This document shows positions 1-12,678 of a stretch of DNA of 31,351 nt, piece after piece. Position 1 is the stretch's first letter; the number at the start of each line of letters is the position of its first letter. The translations under genes were made by a program, and so were the position numbers. The notes below the pieces were generated by a model. It had not been told where the DNA came from. It did no database searches and saw only the letters and a program-made list of their open reading frames with translations. The DNA comes from Geosiphon pyriformis uo1 (lineage: Eukaryota; Fungi; Glomeromycota), in assembly GCA_016748015.1 (NCBI GenBank), contig JAAOMT010000774.1, forward strand, positions 1-31,351, read 5' to 3'.

Positions 1-1729
1 TATATTATTTGTAATAAATTAAAATAAATAAATTAATTAATTAATTAAAATCAAAATAATCAATAATTAAACCACTAAAACATTCTCTTTTTTTTTGTTT
101 TAATAGTGTTTAAAAAACAATTACTAATTATTAAAAATTTTTTAAATAATGGTTTTTATTCAAATGCTTAATAAAACTACAAAAATCAAAATTAGTTTAT
201 GTTAAAATTATGGTTTAATTTCTATATGGATTTATTAGTTTAAAATTGATTATTAAAAACAATATTAAATTTTTTGGGTAAAATTTGTATTTTAAGTTTT
301 TTTAAATACCATTATTAAAATTAAAATTAAATTTGTTAATTTATTATTTTTTACTACTTTTAAAATTGCAAAATCTTTTATATTATTTAAATTTGCTTCT
401 GTTTTTGCTGTTATAAATTTTTACAATATTTTTTAACATTTTTTTAATATAATTAAGAATGTTTTTGGTGTTTTTTATAAAATTTCTAATATTAAAATAA
501 AGTTTATTAGTTTGTAATAATATGTTAATATGTATTTCAAGTTTTTTATATATTTTTGCTTATTGAATTTTTTTATTAATTAAAAACAAATTATTGTTTT
601 TTATAATGTGTTAAAAATCAAGTTATTAAATTTTTTTAATTATACAGTTTTTAAATTTGATAATTTAATTTTTTAAGCTAATAATCAAACTTGTTTTATT
701 TTTTATTTTTTTAATATTTAAAAATTTGTTATTGTAATTTTTAAATTTAAAAAAATACTCAACAATATTATTTTTAAAATTAATATTTTGTAAAAAAGTT
801 GTATTTTTAGTAAATATTTATTTATAAAGATTAATAATATAAAAATTAAGAAAAAAAATAATGTTTAAAAAATAATAAAAATAAAAATTGTTAATTAAAA
901 ATTAATTTTGTTTAAATAATACTTTTTTATAATTATAAAAAGGCTTAATTTATATTTTTTAACAACATAATAGTTTTAATATTTAAATTAAATTCAAATT
1001 ATTAAAAAAAATTTTTTAATTAAAATTATAATTAAAAAAAATAAAAAAGATTATTATTATTATTATTATTATTAATTTTAATGCTTAAAAAGTCTTTTTG
1101 AAAATAAAAATTATCAACCATTTTTTAAAATGCTTTTTGTAAATAATAAAAACCCAAAACAGTTTTTAATTATTGATAAAAACACTTTTTTTGACTTTAA
1201 ATAAAAGTTTTTTTCATCTAAAATTTTTTTTAAATAAATTATTAAAGCTAATTTTAAGTAATTATTTTTATTATAAAAAGTTTAAAAATATTTAATAACA
1301 AATTAATAACCAAATACTATTTTTTTAAATAACTTTTATTATTATTTAAATAAATAAAAAACAAAAAGCTAATTTTTTTTTCTTAAATTTGAAGTATTGA
1401 TTTCTTTTATAATATCAAAAAAAAATTTTTTTTGGTATTTTTTTATAAATAATAATAATTATGTTTATTAAAATTAATTTTAATTAATACATGATTAAGT
1501 TGTTAATATATTAAATTTTAATTAATTATTACTATTTTTAAAAACAAAACAAATTATATTTTATATAAATTTTTTTATTTATTTATATATTTTAAAAAAT
1601 ATTTTTAAAAAGTCTTTATTATAAATTGGTTTAATTTATTATTTTTATTTTTATTTATAAGTACAATTCAATTATTATTTAGAATATAAAATCAAAATTA
1701 GAGACTTTAGCTAAATGTAATTCATGCTT

Positions 1730-1911
1730 AGATTTTTCAATTATCTTTTAAAAAAAATAGCAACTGAAATATTTTATGAGATTAATTTTACATATTTAAT
1801 CTATATTCATTTAATTTGCTTTTTAAAATTGAATTTCTTTTAATTAATTCTATTATCTTACAATCCTGTTCTTCTTTACTATCTATTAGCTTATTATTTT
1901 AACTTATAACA
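1730..1911 (+). repeat. Element A 5' LTR (only the 3' ~180 bp is recognisable)
   Basis: Aligns by eye to 9700-9881 (shared AATAGCAACT, TTTAATTTGCT, TATCTATTAGCTTATTA). Ends ...TATAACA. The upstream part could not be aligned. Confidence 0.8.
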
Positions 1912-1917
1912 TAAAAG

Positions 1918-1934
1918 TAGTGCTTCTTATAAGG
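1918..1934 (+). promoter_or_regulatory. Element A primer-binding site (decayed)
   Basis: TAGTGCTTCTTATAAGG matches element B's PBS TGGTGCTTCTTGTGAGG at 14/17; all three differences are G>A. It lies just 3' of the LTR end. Confidence 0.85.
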
Positions 1935-2065
1935 TTGTTAAAATTTACTTATTTCTTTATTGTATAAGTGATTATTTATACTTGTTACAATAATTAGAAA
2001 AATACTTTGCAGTATATAACAAAAATAATCTAAATTTTATTGCACTCAATTTTCTGTTCTTTTGT

Positions 2066-3480
2066 TTGATTTATTTTTCTTTTGTAAAACAATCCAATAG
2101 ACAATTCCAATATTTTTGGAACTGGTTTTTGAATAAGCATTTAACTGAAACCTATATAGCCTATACAACTTACTTTTTTGATCAAATCTACTTAAAAAAA
2201 ACTTTTGAAAAAAAAAACAACAGCATTAATCAGCTTTTATACTCAACAATTTTTAAACAACAGTCTTCTAATTTTGAATATCTGAATTATCAAATTCATA
2301 TTTGAATTGCTGCTTACCAATTAGTTAAAACTCTCTTTGAAACAGAAAAAAAAAATTACCAAACTGCTTCTGTTTTTGATTTTTTCTTAAGTAAATCAGA
2401 ATATTTCACACAAATAATTACTTCTGAATTAATGGCTATTGACTTTATATAAGCAAAAATCTTGGCTATTCTTTAAGATATACAAACTGCTTTAGAACAA
2501 AAAAACAACATCCCATTATTATTATTCAAAAATAATGTACAAAATTTAATTAAATAATTAGATGACTTTAAAAGAACTGCTACAGCCAACTAATATAATG
2601 CTAATTACAAGTTCTAAATTGTTGGTAGATATCTTTAAAACTTTTTTGCCACCTGGTTTTTACAAAAAACCAATACCAATATCCAACAAAAAATCATTAG
2701 ATGAACATTAACAAATGCTGAAGAAGATAATATTTCTTTTACTACTTAATTTAAAAATAAATTCAAAACTTAAATCTTAATATTCAAATGATATATAGAA
2801 TTAAAAAAAAAATTCAAGGTCTTAGTAAAATTATAACTGAATATGTCAAAGCAATTAGAAAACTAATCAATCAAATAAACTTTGGAAAAAACTAAACAGA
2901 AAAACAAAAAATTCATTCTTTTATAAAAAGATTGAAAACTGATCTTTTATATGCTTTTTGGCTCTTCTTGGCTTTAAAAAATAATTCCACTATAAATATA
3001 GTTATTGAATTTGCTCAGAAAATTAAAAATAACCAAAGAATGCATTTAGAATTCACACTTCTAGTTTTTTTTTTGCTCTTGTTATAACTTCTGCTTCTTA
3101 AATAACTGTTACTTTTTTTGCTGTTTAAACTTCAGATCCCAATAAATAATTGATAAATAAATTCACAGCCAATTTTGTCTAGTTATTAGAATCTTTGGTA
3201 TAAGCAGTTAAAAATAACCAACAACCACAAAAATCCAGATTTAAATTACACTTTAATTAATTTCAGCAGCTTTTTTATTAAAGACAACAAAATTGTGGTC
3301 CACCAATATATTATTACTGTGAATTAATTAGACATTTTTCCAGAAATTTCAATATTTTCTATTGCCTTTTCTAATAATTTTAATATTCTTTATTGCCTTT
3401 TCCAGTTTCTAAAAACAATGACACTTAGAACAACAAACTTAACAATAATAACACTTTTAATTAAAGACTTAATCATGCCA
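2066..3480 (+). pseudogene. gag: Element A gag remnant
   Basis: ATG at 2432 opens a capsid-like segment (..IK*LDDFKRTATAN*Y..IVGRYL..ATWF). A decayed zinc knuckle lies at ~3309-3350 (YYYCELIRHFSRNF, from Cx2Cx4Hx4C). Boundaries are approximate. Confidence 0.65.
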
Positions 3481-3989
3481 ACATTAATTTTTTTGAAGAG
3501 AATCTCTTAGTTAAAGCTATTGTTTACTAGTTTTTAAACTAATAAGTGCACTTTCAAAGAGTAAGAATACAAGCCAATTAAAAAAAATCTTTTTTATATT
3601 TTTAATCTAACTAATAATAATTATAATATAGATAAACTGATAATCAAACTCCTCTGATTTAACAAAAAAGAAAAAGAAAGCAAAAATTAATTTTGTCTTG
3701 AACTCCAATAAAGTTTCCATATTAACTGCTAATAACAATAAGCTATTAAAAGCTAAAGTTTTTAAAAATTCTTTAAAGTTAAAACTTCCAAAAATAGTAC
3801 AAAAATCTGGTTCTTATTCTATTATTAAAGATCTTATAAAAATCTTAGCACATATAATCTTTGGCTAATTAATGATTTATTCACAGTTCAAAAAAAATCT
3901 TCACAAATTCTTAATTTTTAAAAAAAACACTAAAAACCAACAAATTTTCTTACTATACTAAATTTGCTAACAATAATAATATTACTTTT

Positions 3990-6900
3990 TTGATTTACAA
4001 AACACAAGTGACTGGTTACTTTATTGACTTGATTCTAGACAATGAATTATTTGTTAGTGTTATTGCCAAACACTTTTTTAAAGCTATTGACAAAAAGATA
4101 GACAAACTTTTAATCAGACTTATGACTAATATGTATAATAATAAAAAGAAAAGACTTGGTATTACCAAAGCTATTCTTGTTCACATCAATAGTATTAGCA
4201 TTAAAACTAACATAAAATTATTTAAAACCAAAAAATATGCCATAATTGTTAACAATAAATAACTTAAGAAAGCCAAAGTCTTATTTGATTATAAGTTATA
4301 TAAGCTAATCATTAGATAAAATGAAATATCTATTGTAATTAAGTATTACTATTAGACAACTTCTCTAGTATTCAAGCAAAACCCAAAAGAAAAACAATTA
4401 AATAAATTAGATAATAAAAAGAGCAATAAAAAAAAGAACAAAAAAAAACTGCTAAACTTGTTTATACTATTTTAATTAATAATAACAAGCTATTGAATAA
4501 TGTCAAAACAGACAAAAAAAAATTATTGTAAATAGCAAAATAATCTGTTGGTCTTATTATAATATACTCAGAAAAATCTTTGACTAAAAACCTGGCAAAA
4601 AAGCCAAATATAATTAATAATGACATAGTTTTTGTACCTAATATTGGTATAATAAACCTTTATATTCTTTAATAATGAATTTAAATCTTGTTTAATCTAT
4701 TACAAAGATTGAAAACTTATTAGCTTGATACCAAAAAAAAAATACAAAAAATACAAAAGTTTTTTAAAAATAAACTATTAGAGATACAGTTATTAATAAT
4801 TAAGCAAAAAAATTCTTCTTAAAAGAAAAAAAAATAGACATTGAAAATTTGTTGGCTAGAAACAGTCCAGTTATCTCAAAAGAAGATAATACTTCTGGAT
4901 GTATTTATATAATACAACATACTATTACCACCAGAAAAACTCATCCTATCTATTTGAAGTCTTATTAGTCCAATTATCACAATAATAAGTTAATCAAAAA
5001 AAAATAAACCAGATGAAAAATCTTGGATTTATATAAAAAACCAAAAGCAAATGGGTTTTTTCAATTGTAGTAATATCTAAGAAAGATGAAATTCTATGTT
5101 TTTGTATTGATTACTGTCAATTAAATACTATTACTAAAAAAGACATATATCTATTTCCCAAGATTAATGTAATGCTAGACAAATTTAATAGTGCTGCTTT
5201 CTTCTTAATTATTAATTTAACTGTTGAATTTTAACAAGTAGAAATAAATTCAAAAAGCAGAAAAAAAACTGTTTTTATTATCAAGTATAGTACTGTTACT
5301 TATAGAAATTTAAAAATTTTTAATAAGAATATCAAGTAACCAATTAAAAATAAATATAGTAAAAAAAAAATTTCAGAATTTTTCTCAAGAAATTGCAGAA
5401 TTTCAAAAATTTCAGAATTCCTCTCAAAAAATTGCAGAATTCCAGAAATTTTTGAAAAATTACAAAATTCCAGAAATTCTAAGATTTTTGGCTAAAAAAA
5501 TTAAAAAAATTCAAAGAATCTCATATAACAGTAATTATATATATATAGCAAGAATATTAGAAGCAAAAAAAGAAAATCAAGTTCCAAATTCAGTTCAAAA
5601 TCAATACTTACAACTCATTAATTATTTGATACTTTTCTCTTTAAAAAATAGTTTTCTATAACTTAAAATAGAATTAAATTACACATTAATAAAATATTAA
5701 TTATTACTTAAATCCATATTATTATTAATTAAAAAAAATAATTATTTTTACTCAATCAATATTTTATATTAATAGAATTCAACACTTAACCATACTAAAC
5801 CAATAGCTTTTAATTATGGCTATTAACAAAATACTAATTTTTTATTTTTTATTTTTATTTTCTTTTATTTTTCTGTTATTTTTTTTTTCTTTTTTTTATT
5901 TTGTTTTGTTGGCTTATTAACTGATTAAAAAAATTAAGTACAAAGTAATTTTAACATCAAGGATAGCCTAGTAAAAAACCTGTAAAACAAAGATAAGGAA
6001 CTTATAAAATTGAAAATAGTTTACCAAAAGAGCACAACTGTCAGAATAAACTGGCCACCATGCTAAAAAAGAAATTCACAGAATAAGTTTTCAAAAAGAT
6101 ACTGAAACAATTATTGAATCTTTATTTATTATACAAAGAACTCAATTAAAACCTTCAAATCACAAAAACTTTCAGATATTACCAACTATTACCAGCTATT
6201 AAGCACCAAATTACAGGTTTGTTATTTGTATCAACACCTCAAATAATTATCTGTAACAGCATTTATAAATTTACAGTCATGTTTTTTGGTCTTACTAATA
6301 TTCTTCTTATCTTTTAATACTTGATAAACAAAGTATTCAAATCAGTCAAAGAAAACTTTGTTTTAGTTTACTTAAATAATATAATAATATACTTAAAAAT
6401 TTAGAATAAACATCTTAAATATTTGCAAAAGATTTTTGATCTTTTTAGAAATGCTGGCCTTAAGATTAATCCAATCAAATTTTTTTTTGAACAATAATCT
6501 ACACAGTTTTTTAGTTATTTTATCACAAAAGATGGAATTTTTTCTGATTCAGCCAAGATTAAAAAAGTTTAAAACATTAAACAATTAATAAATGTTTATA
6601 AACTATACTCTTTTTTTGATTTGGCCTTTTATTGTCAAAAATTTCTCCAAAATTGCCTTTTCTTTTAATCAGCTACTTAGAAAAAATATTAATTACTACT
6701 AAAGTACATATTAACAAAAAACATTTAAAACATTAAAGAAAAAATTGGTTACAAAATTTATTTTTATGCAATCTGATTTGAATCAATCTTTTATCTTTTA
6801 TACTAATATATTTAGCTATAGACTTGGTGCTGTTTTCTCACAAAAAAATAAAGAAAACAAGAAATATGCTATAATATATGTCAGTAAAATACTTTCACCA

Positions 6901-9192
6901 ATAGAACAGAACTATTTAGTTACTAAGCAAGAATACTTATTAGTAGTTTAGGCTACTAATTACTAAGACAAATATCTTTTTGGTGTAAAGTTTTTGGTAG
7001 TAATAGATTACCAAGCTTTGGTTTGACTATACAATAAAAGAAAGCTGATATATAAATAGATAACTCATTAGATACTCTACTTGAATGAATTTGACTATAA
7101 TATTTAATATCACAAAGGAGCAAATTATCAAAACATTAATGTTTTTTTTAGACTTACCACTTAGTAATAGTACAACTTTCACAAACCAAACCAACTTAAT
7201 TATTAGTAACTCTTTTTTAAAACAAACATAATAATAAACTTGAATAACTACTCTATATTAATAAAATTTTTAGATAAAAAACAATATTTACTGAAATACA
7301 ATTAACAGTAAAAAAAACATTTGTGCAAACAATCCAATTTTTATTTAATCTATTAGAATCAGTTATATAAAAGAACAGAAAAAATTCTGATTATTCCCAA
7401 AAAGTCATTAAATTTGAAAAAAAAGAAATTGTAATTTACAATATATACATTAATCTATTAGCTGGATATTTTGAAAAAACAAAAACAATTCAAAAAACTT
7501 TAGCTCATTATTATTGGTTTACTTAAAAAAAAAACATTGCTGAATACATTAAAACCTGTAATACTTGCCAAAAAAAAAGAAAACCCAATTACAAAAAAGA
7601 TATTCATCCAATTTTTATTAGTTAACTATTTAACAAAATTGGTATAAATATTGTTAAATCTTTAACAATAACTTCTAATAGCAATAGATATATTATTATA
7701 GCTACTAACTATTTACAAAGTAAGTAAAAGCAAGAGCTACTTCAGATTAAACAGCAGTTTCAATAGCCAATTTCATTTATGAAAATATAATTTGTTGTTA
7801 TAACTGTTCTAAAAAACTTTTGTCTAATAGAAGAAAAGCTTTTTTTAGTACACTGGTTAAAAAACTTTGTAAAAAAATGAAGATATGTTATAAACTTTCT
7901 TTTTTTTACTATTCTCAAACCAATAGTTTAATTGAATGTTTTAACTAAATAACATGTAAAACCTTAGCCAAAACCAGTAAAAAAACAAATTTATAAAACA
8001 AAGTATTGTTTTCAGTCTTGTTTGCTTATAAGACTGTAAATCATAATATAACAAATTATAAACTTTTTTATCTGCTCTATGAACAAATGACAACTCTACT
8101 AATAGAAACTAATATTAAGACAATATCCTTTAAAAAAATCACAATAGAAAATTACAAAAACATTTTGCAAAAAAGACTTGGTACTATTCTTTACTTATTA
8201 ATAGAAACATGAATAATTGTCTTTAAAAAGATAAAACAGTTTCAAAAAAAGCTTAAGAAGAAAAATATTTATAAAACATTTTCCTTAAGTATTGGTAATT
8301 TAGTTTTAAAATATTACTTAGACAAATAATATTTATGGTAATATATTTTTTAACCAGTAAAAAGAACTTTTTAAAGTCAATAAAGTTTTAAACAATAATT
8401 TATATATTCTACAAGATTAATATGAAACAATCTTCAATAATTGTCCTGTTCAAAGTATATAACTCAATAAATATTACAAATAACCTAATTAATTATCTAT
8501 TGTAATAATACCAGCCCAAATAATCAACAAAAATCAAATATAAATAAATATACTATTCCCAAAACAGAAATATTTTTAATTAACATAAACAATTATTTTT
8601 TGAATCAAAACATTCAAAACACTTTCTATATTTTTTATAAGTATTAAATTAAATATTATCCAAATGCTACTTTGATTATTGGAAAACAAACCACTATAAT
8701 TGATAATAGTAGAACTTATACTGTTATCAGACCAAAGAAAACTATTACCAGAAGAGAAAAAATTGTTAACAAAATGAATAAGTATCTGCAAGAAAGTATA
8801 ACAGTAATAATACTCTTATCTTTTAATACAATTGGAAAAACAATTCAAGAAATCTTGCTTATAGACAAAAACTTGTTATATAAAAAACAACTAAAACTCT
8901 ATAGTTGCTTTGGTGAAATTATAGAAAACATAAAGCTCATAAAGAAAACAACTTCAAAGATACAGATGGAAATTTTGGGCATTATATAATTAAATATTCC
9001 AAGAGTTTTAAATATTACAAAAAAAACCAAAACTTTTATACAAAAATTTAGTCTCTTAAATATAAAACTTATTTTATTTTAAGTATTATATATCTTATCT
9101 ACAAAAAACTTTAACAAACTAGTTAACTTTAAGTTAGACAAAACTCTTTAAATAAATTATCTTATAAATAGCTTGATTTTGCTAGAGCTTAA
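3990..9192 (+). pseudogene. pol: Element A pol remnant (PR ~3990-4320, RT ~4900-6745 split by the solo LTR, RNase H ~6745-7160, integrase ~7230-8480, C-terminal extension to ~9192)
   Basis: PR: IDLILDNEL (from D-S-G). RT: FCIDYCQLN, KTVFIIKY|..YKFTVMFFGLTN, and VYLNN at 6366-6380 (from YLDD). RNase H: FIFYTN..LGAVFSQ..EQNY..KQEYL. IN: HYYW, IKTCNTCQ, SVLFAYKT. Confidence 0.85.
5294..6258 (+). mobile_element. Solo LTR of a family related to element B, inserted in element A RT
   Basis: Termini TGTTAC...GTAACA. Both ends resemble the reverse complement of B's LTR (TGTTACTTATAGAAAT...; ...AGCACCAA..TCAACACC..CTGTAACA). Flanks GTAC (5290-5293) and GCAT (6259-6262) fit a 4-bp TSD GCAC. Removing the LTR restores the RT frame. 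Confidence 0.92.
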
Positions 9193-9199
9193 TCTCTTT

Positions 9200-9210
9200 G
9201 AAGAGAATAA
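9200..9210 (+). promoter_or_regulatory. Element A polypurine tract
   Basis: GAAGAGAATAA directly before TATTAT (decayed TGTTAC). The upstream context is homologous to that of element B's PPT. Confidence 0.7.
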
Positions 9211-9881
9211 TATTATGATTGAAATCCATAGTTTTTATTAGTTATTACATATATTAGCCACTAATATTATATAATTAGCCATTTTATTTTTAGATAGTAA
9301 TTATTAACTTGATTGTTAATTTAATTGTTGACTACTTTTAATAGTTATATAAATAATAAGTCTCTTAGCTATAAAAAATATCAATATAATAAATAATTAA
9401 TGTAACAAATAAATAAAAATAAATAAAATAACAATTATTATATTAATTCTTTTTATATTACTTATTTCTCTTTTTTTATCTTCAAGTATCTAAACATCTT
9501 AGAATAAAAGATTACTTGTTGGTATTCACTTACTTTTTTCTTGACTTGTATAATTGTAGCATTAGAAAATTATTAAATAAAACATGACTAAAGAGTATAT
9601 TTAATATTTGATATTAAATTTTAAGAATGTTAATATAAAACATAGAATTATATTAATGTGTTATTATTTGTTAATAGTATAAATTATTTTTTTACTTTCA
9701 GATTTTTTAGTTATCTTTTGAAAAGAATAGCAACTAAGATATTTTATAAAACTAATCTTATATATTGAATTCATACTTATTTAATTTGCTCTTTGAAGTT
9801 CAATTTCCTTTAATCAATTCTATTACCCTATAATTTTGTTCTCTCTTGCTATCTATTAGCTTATTACTCTAATCTGTAATA
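9211..9881 (+). repeat. Element A 3' LTR (~670 bp)
   Basis: Starts after the PPT and ends ...TGTAATA (from GTAACA). The last ~180 bp match 1730-1911. Confidence 0.75.
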
Positions 9882-10514
9882 ATAGCTTAAATTAAGATAA
9901 AATTTTTTTTTGTGTAAAATAAAAAAATATGAATTTTTTTTAGCTAATAAGTTGATTTTAAATTTGTAGCAAAAATTAATAATAATTATATAGTTATACA
10001 AAATATTTTGAATATTGCTAATAAGTTTTTTAAAATTAATAATATAATAATTAATTTAAATAAAACTATAGTAATCCTAAAACTAGGAATATTTTATTAA
10101 ATATAAATAATTTTTTAATTTTTATTGCTAAAACTAATAAATTTTATTAATATCTAAGTATTTATTTGTTAACTAAAAATTTTCTAATTTTAATTTAAAA
10201 AAACAGACTTAAATATAAAAATTTTTCTTTAATAATTTTGTAAAAAATTATTTCTAATAAATAGTTTTTGTATTTGGTTTTAACTGTTAATTAATTTATT
10301 ATTAATTATAAAACTCAATTTAGTTTTATTAATAAAAATATTTACAAAAAATAAAATTGTTTAATTAAAAAGAGTTTAAAGTTAAAAATTTATTTGTTTT
10401 AAACTTTTTTTATTTTTTTTATTAAAATTTAATGAGTGAGGCCCAAAAGCTATCTAAAACAATATATTGAAAAATCAATCTAAACTAGGTGCTAATCATG
10501 CATTTTCTACATGT

Positions 10515-10549
10515 AACCAGTCATTTGAACCAGTCACTTGAACCAGTCA
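10515..10549. repeat. 13-bp-period tandem repeat (x3) in element H 3' UTR
   Basis: AACCAGTCA at 10515, 10528 and 10541. LINE L carries two related units at ~13170-13190. Confidence 0.85.
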
Positions 10550-10557
10550 AAAACACA

Positions 10558-12678
10558 CTATGCTGATGCTACAGAAGAAAACTTACCCAAAGATGACATC
10601 TTTTGAATGACAGAAAACAAAGTTGCACTGCAAGAAACCAAACCAACTAGCCACTTGGCAGTTTTAAAAGGATTGGTTTTAACATCAACAGATTCATGCT
10701 TCTAAAGAGACATTAAGTTGGAAAACATCTCATTACCTACAATAAATAAAAGCTCTGAATCACCAGACATATTAATGTTCTCTATGTAGTATTTCTTTTT
10801 TAAAGAAACCACTTCCCTTCCCAACTTATTAACAGTCCTACTAAAAGAACCCATATGCACCAAAACCTCATTGATTCTAAGACCAAGAGCATTACTTGAA
10901 ACCAAATCACCATTAATAAACTGTCTAAAGATTGTAACTATAGAGTCAATAGGCTTAACAATAGACTTAATTAAAACAGAAAGCTTAGTCAAATCAGATT
11001 CCAAAGAAAACAATCAGGATAGCACTAAAGAATTACTAACAACAACTGGAAAAGAAACAAAAGGTGACAAAGATAAAAATCCAGAGGAGTCCAAGAAAGC
11101 AAAAGCCTTAACATAAGACTTAGGACCAACAAGGTGTGGTGTGAACATCTTGAGAAACTTAGGAGGAAAAGGTGGAGAAATCTTACAATCTGCAGCCAGA
11201 TAGCCCAGTTCTTGACACTTAAAACAATGCTGACAACCAAGAGTCTTTCATCAAATATGGCATTTTCTCAATGTACTAGTTTTGACAATAGCAGAATCCA
11301 AATCAGCTTGAAAACCAAATGTAACCAGAGCAAACTGGAAACAACAATCAGACTCAAGAAAATGAGGGATAAAACATGTCCGACCACCAACTTAAGAAAT
11401 CATATCACTGATTTCAAAAGCTGTGCATCCAGAAGGAAGATTAACCAACTTGGCCTTAAACTTATCACAAGACAAAATAGTTTTATTTTAATTCATCAGA
11501 GGAAGGATTTTATCACTATTTTTGCTCATCAAAACTGATCAATGATTCAAAGCAGACACAACAGAGTCTAATTTTTCAAAATAGACTATCACATACTGCC
11601 AAATGCCAGCAGGCTTCAGTACAACACGAGTGACATTACCAAACACACTAAGAGCCATCTTAATGTTAGTAGTAGACACACCCAAGAGCACATCACGCAG
11701 TGCAACAGCAGCAAAAAGGGAACCAGACTCAGAAATTACCAAAGACTTGGCAATTTTGAGGGTGGCCAAATGTACAAAGCTTATAAGCTCAACCAAAAAT
11801 ACAGCTTTTAAAGACACTTGAGAAGCAAACTCCACACAAAACAGCTTCATATTGTCTTTTGATACTGATTTTGCATCCAAAAAACCATGTACTGACTGAA
11901 AAACAGTCTTAACATGAGCCAATTTGATTTTAAAAGTAGCACCAGATACCAGAGTAGAGGCCACCCACCCAGCAAACCTTTGATGACTAGTAATAGTTTT
12001 CTAAGCACTATCAGAAACAGCACCAGAAACTAGAGAAAGAGATGATTCAGTTTCCATTTGATCAGTCCAGTTCCCAAGAACAGATAACCCAACAGAAGGA
12101 AATTGTTTTGTTTCTAAAACCAGCAATGATCTACCAAAAAACACCACATTTGGCAATACAGCCAGTGGTTGATTTAGGCCTATCTTTGATGATATGCTGG
12201 ATAATGCTACAGAGATCTCATCTAAGATCTCATTGAGAACCACAAAGAGATTCGGTGTAACAATAGCAAAGGCAAGCGACTGCCTCCACTTTTCTGAACT
12301 TTTGGTTTTTTTGACCATTTTTTTTGAAGAGGAGGTGTTAGCAGCACTAGATGCTATAGAGGAAAAGACCAGCTTGTTAACTGGTCTATTATTAAAAACT
12401 TTTAGGCTCTTAGTTGAGGTGGAGGCAACACTGGGACTAACCCAAGTGTGTCTCTTTGAGGGAACTTTGACTGGTGAGAAACCAGCCAAAGATGAAGAAG
12501 TTGCTTCAGTGGCTACCAAAGACAGCTTATTATAATTACTAGATAAAGGAAAGGCTTCTAAAACATTCTGCCTAGTTGCTTCTACAACAGAGAGAGCTTC
12601 TCTAGTTGAAATTTTATTAGATATCTCAAAACAGATATTAGGTGCAGCTTTTTTACTCTTTGCTCTGGTTGTGGTCAT
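10558..12678 (-). pseudogene. LINE ORF1-like nucleic-acid-binding protein (RRM-like repeats, CCHC knuckle, probable coiled coil), 707 codons with point stops
   Basis: ORF-track pieces 12001-12702, 11539-11964 and 10702-11013 share one frame. Motifs GIWQYVIVYF, H*SVLMSKNS and LPSGCTAFEI..VGGRTC match L ORF1 GLWQKALVEF, KWSVLMEKDS and LPVGTTAHDL..YGGKIC. The knuckle CFKCQELGYLAADC lies at 11185-11226 (H>Y). Confidence 0.85.

Larger units (their letters stand above)
1730..9881 (+). mobile_element. Degenerate Ty3/Gypsy LTR retrotransposon (element A), no dUTPase
   Basis: Direct repeats at ~1730-1911 and ~9700-9881. PBS relic at 1918-1934 and PPT at 9200-9210. Domain order gag-PR-RT-RNaseH-IN is readable through many stops. 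Confidence 0.9.

Noticed and set aside
1-1729. AT-rich stretches (also 9882-10404, 12704-13055, 30070-31351) as genes or identifiable TEs
   Set aside because: No ORFs or motifs are recoverable. They are probably terminally eroded repeats, but I cannot support a call.
3345-3404. 31-bp tandem duplication in element A gag
   Set aside because: Real, but most simply a post-insertion slippage in a dead element.
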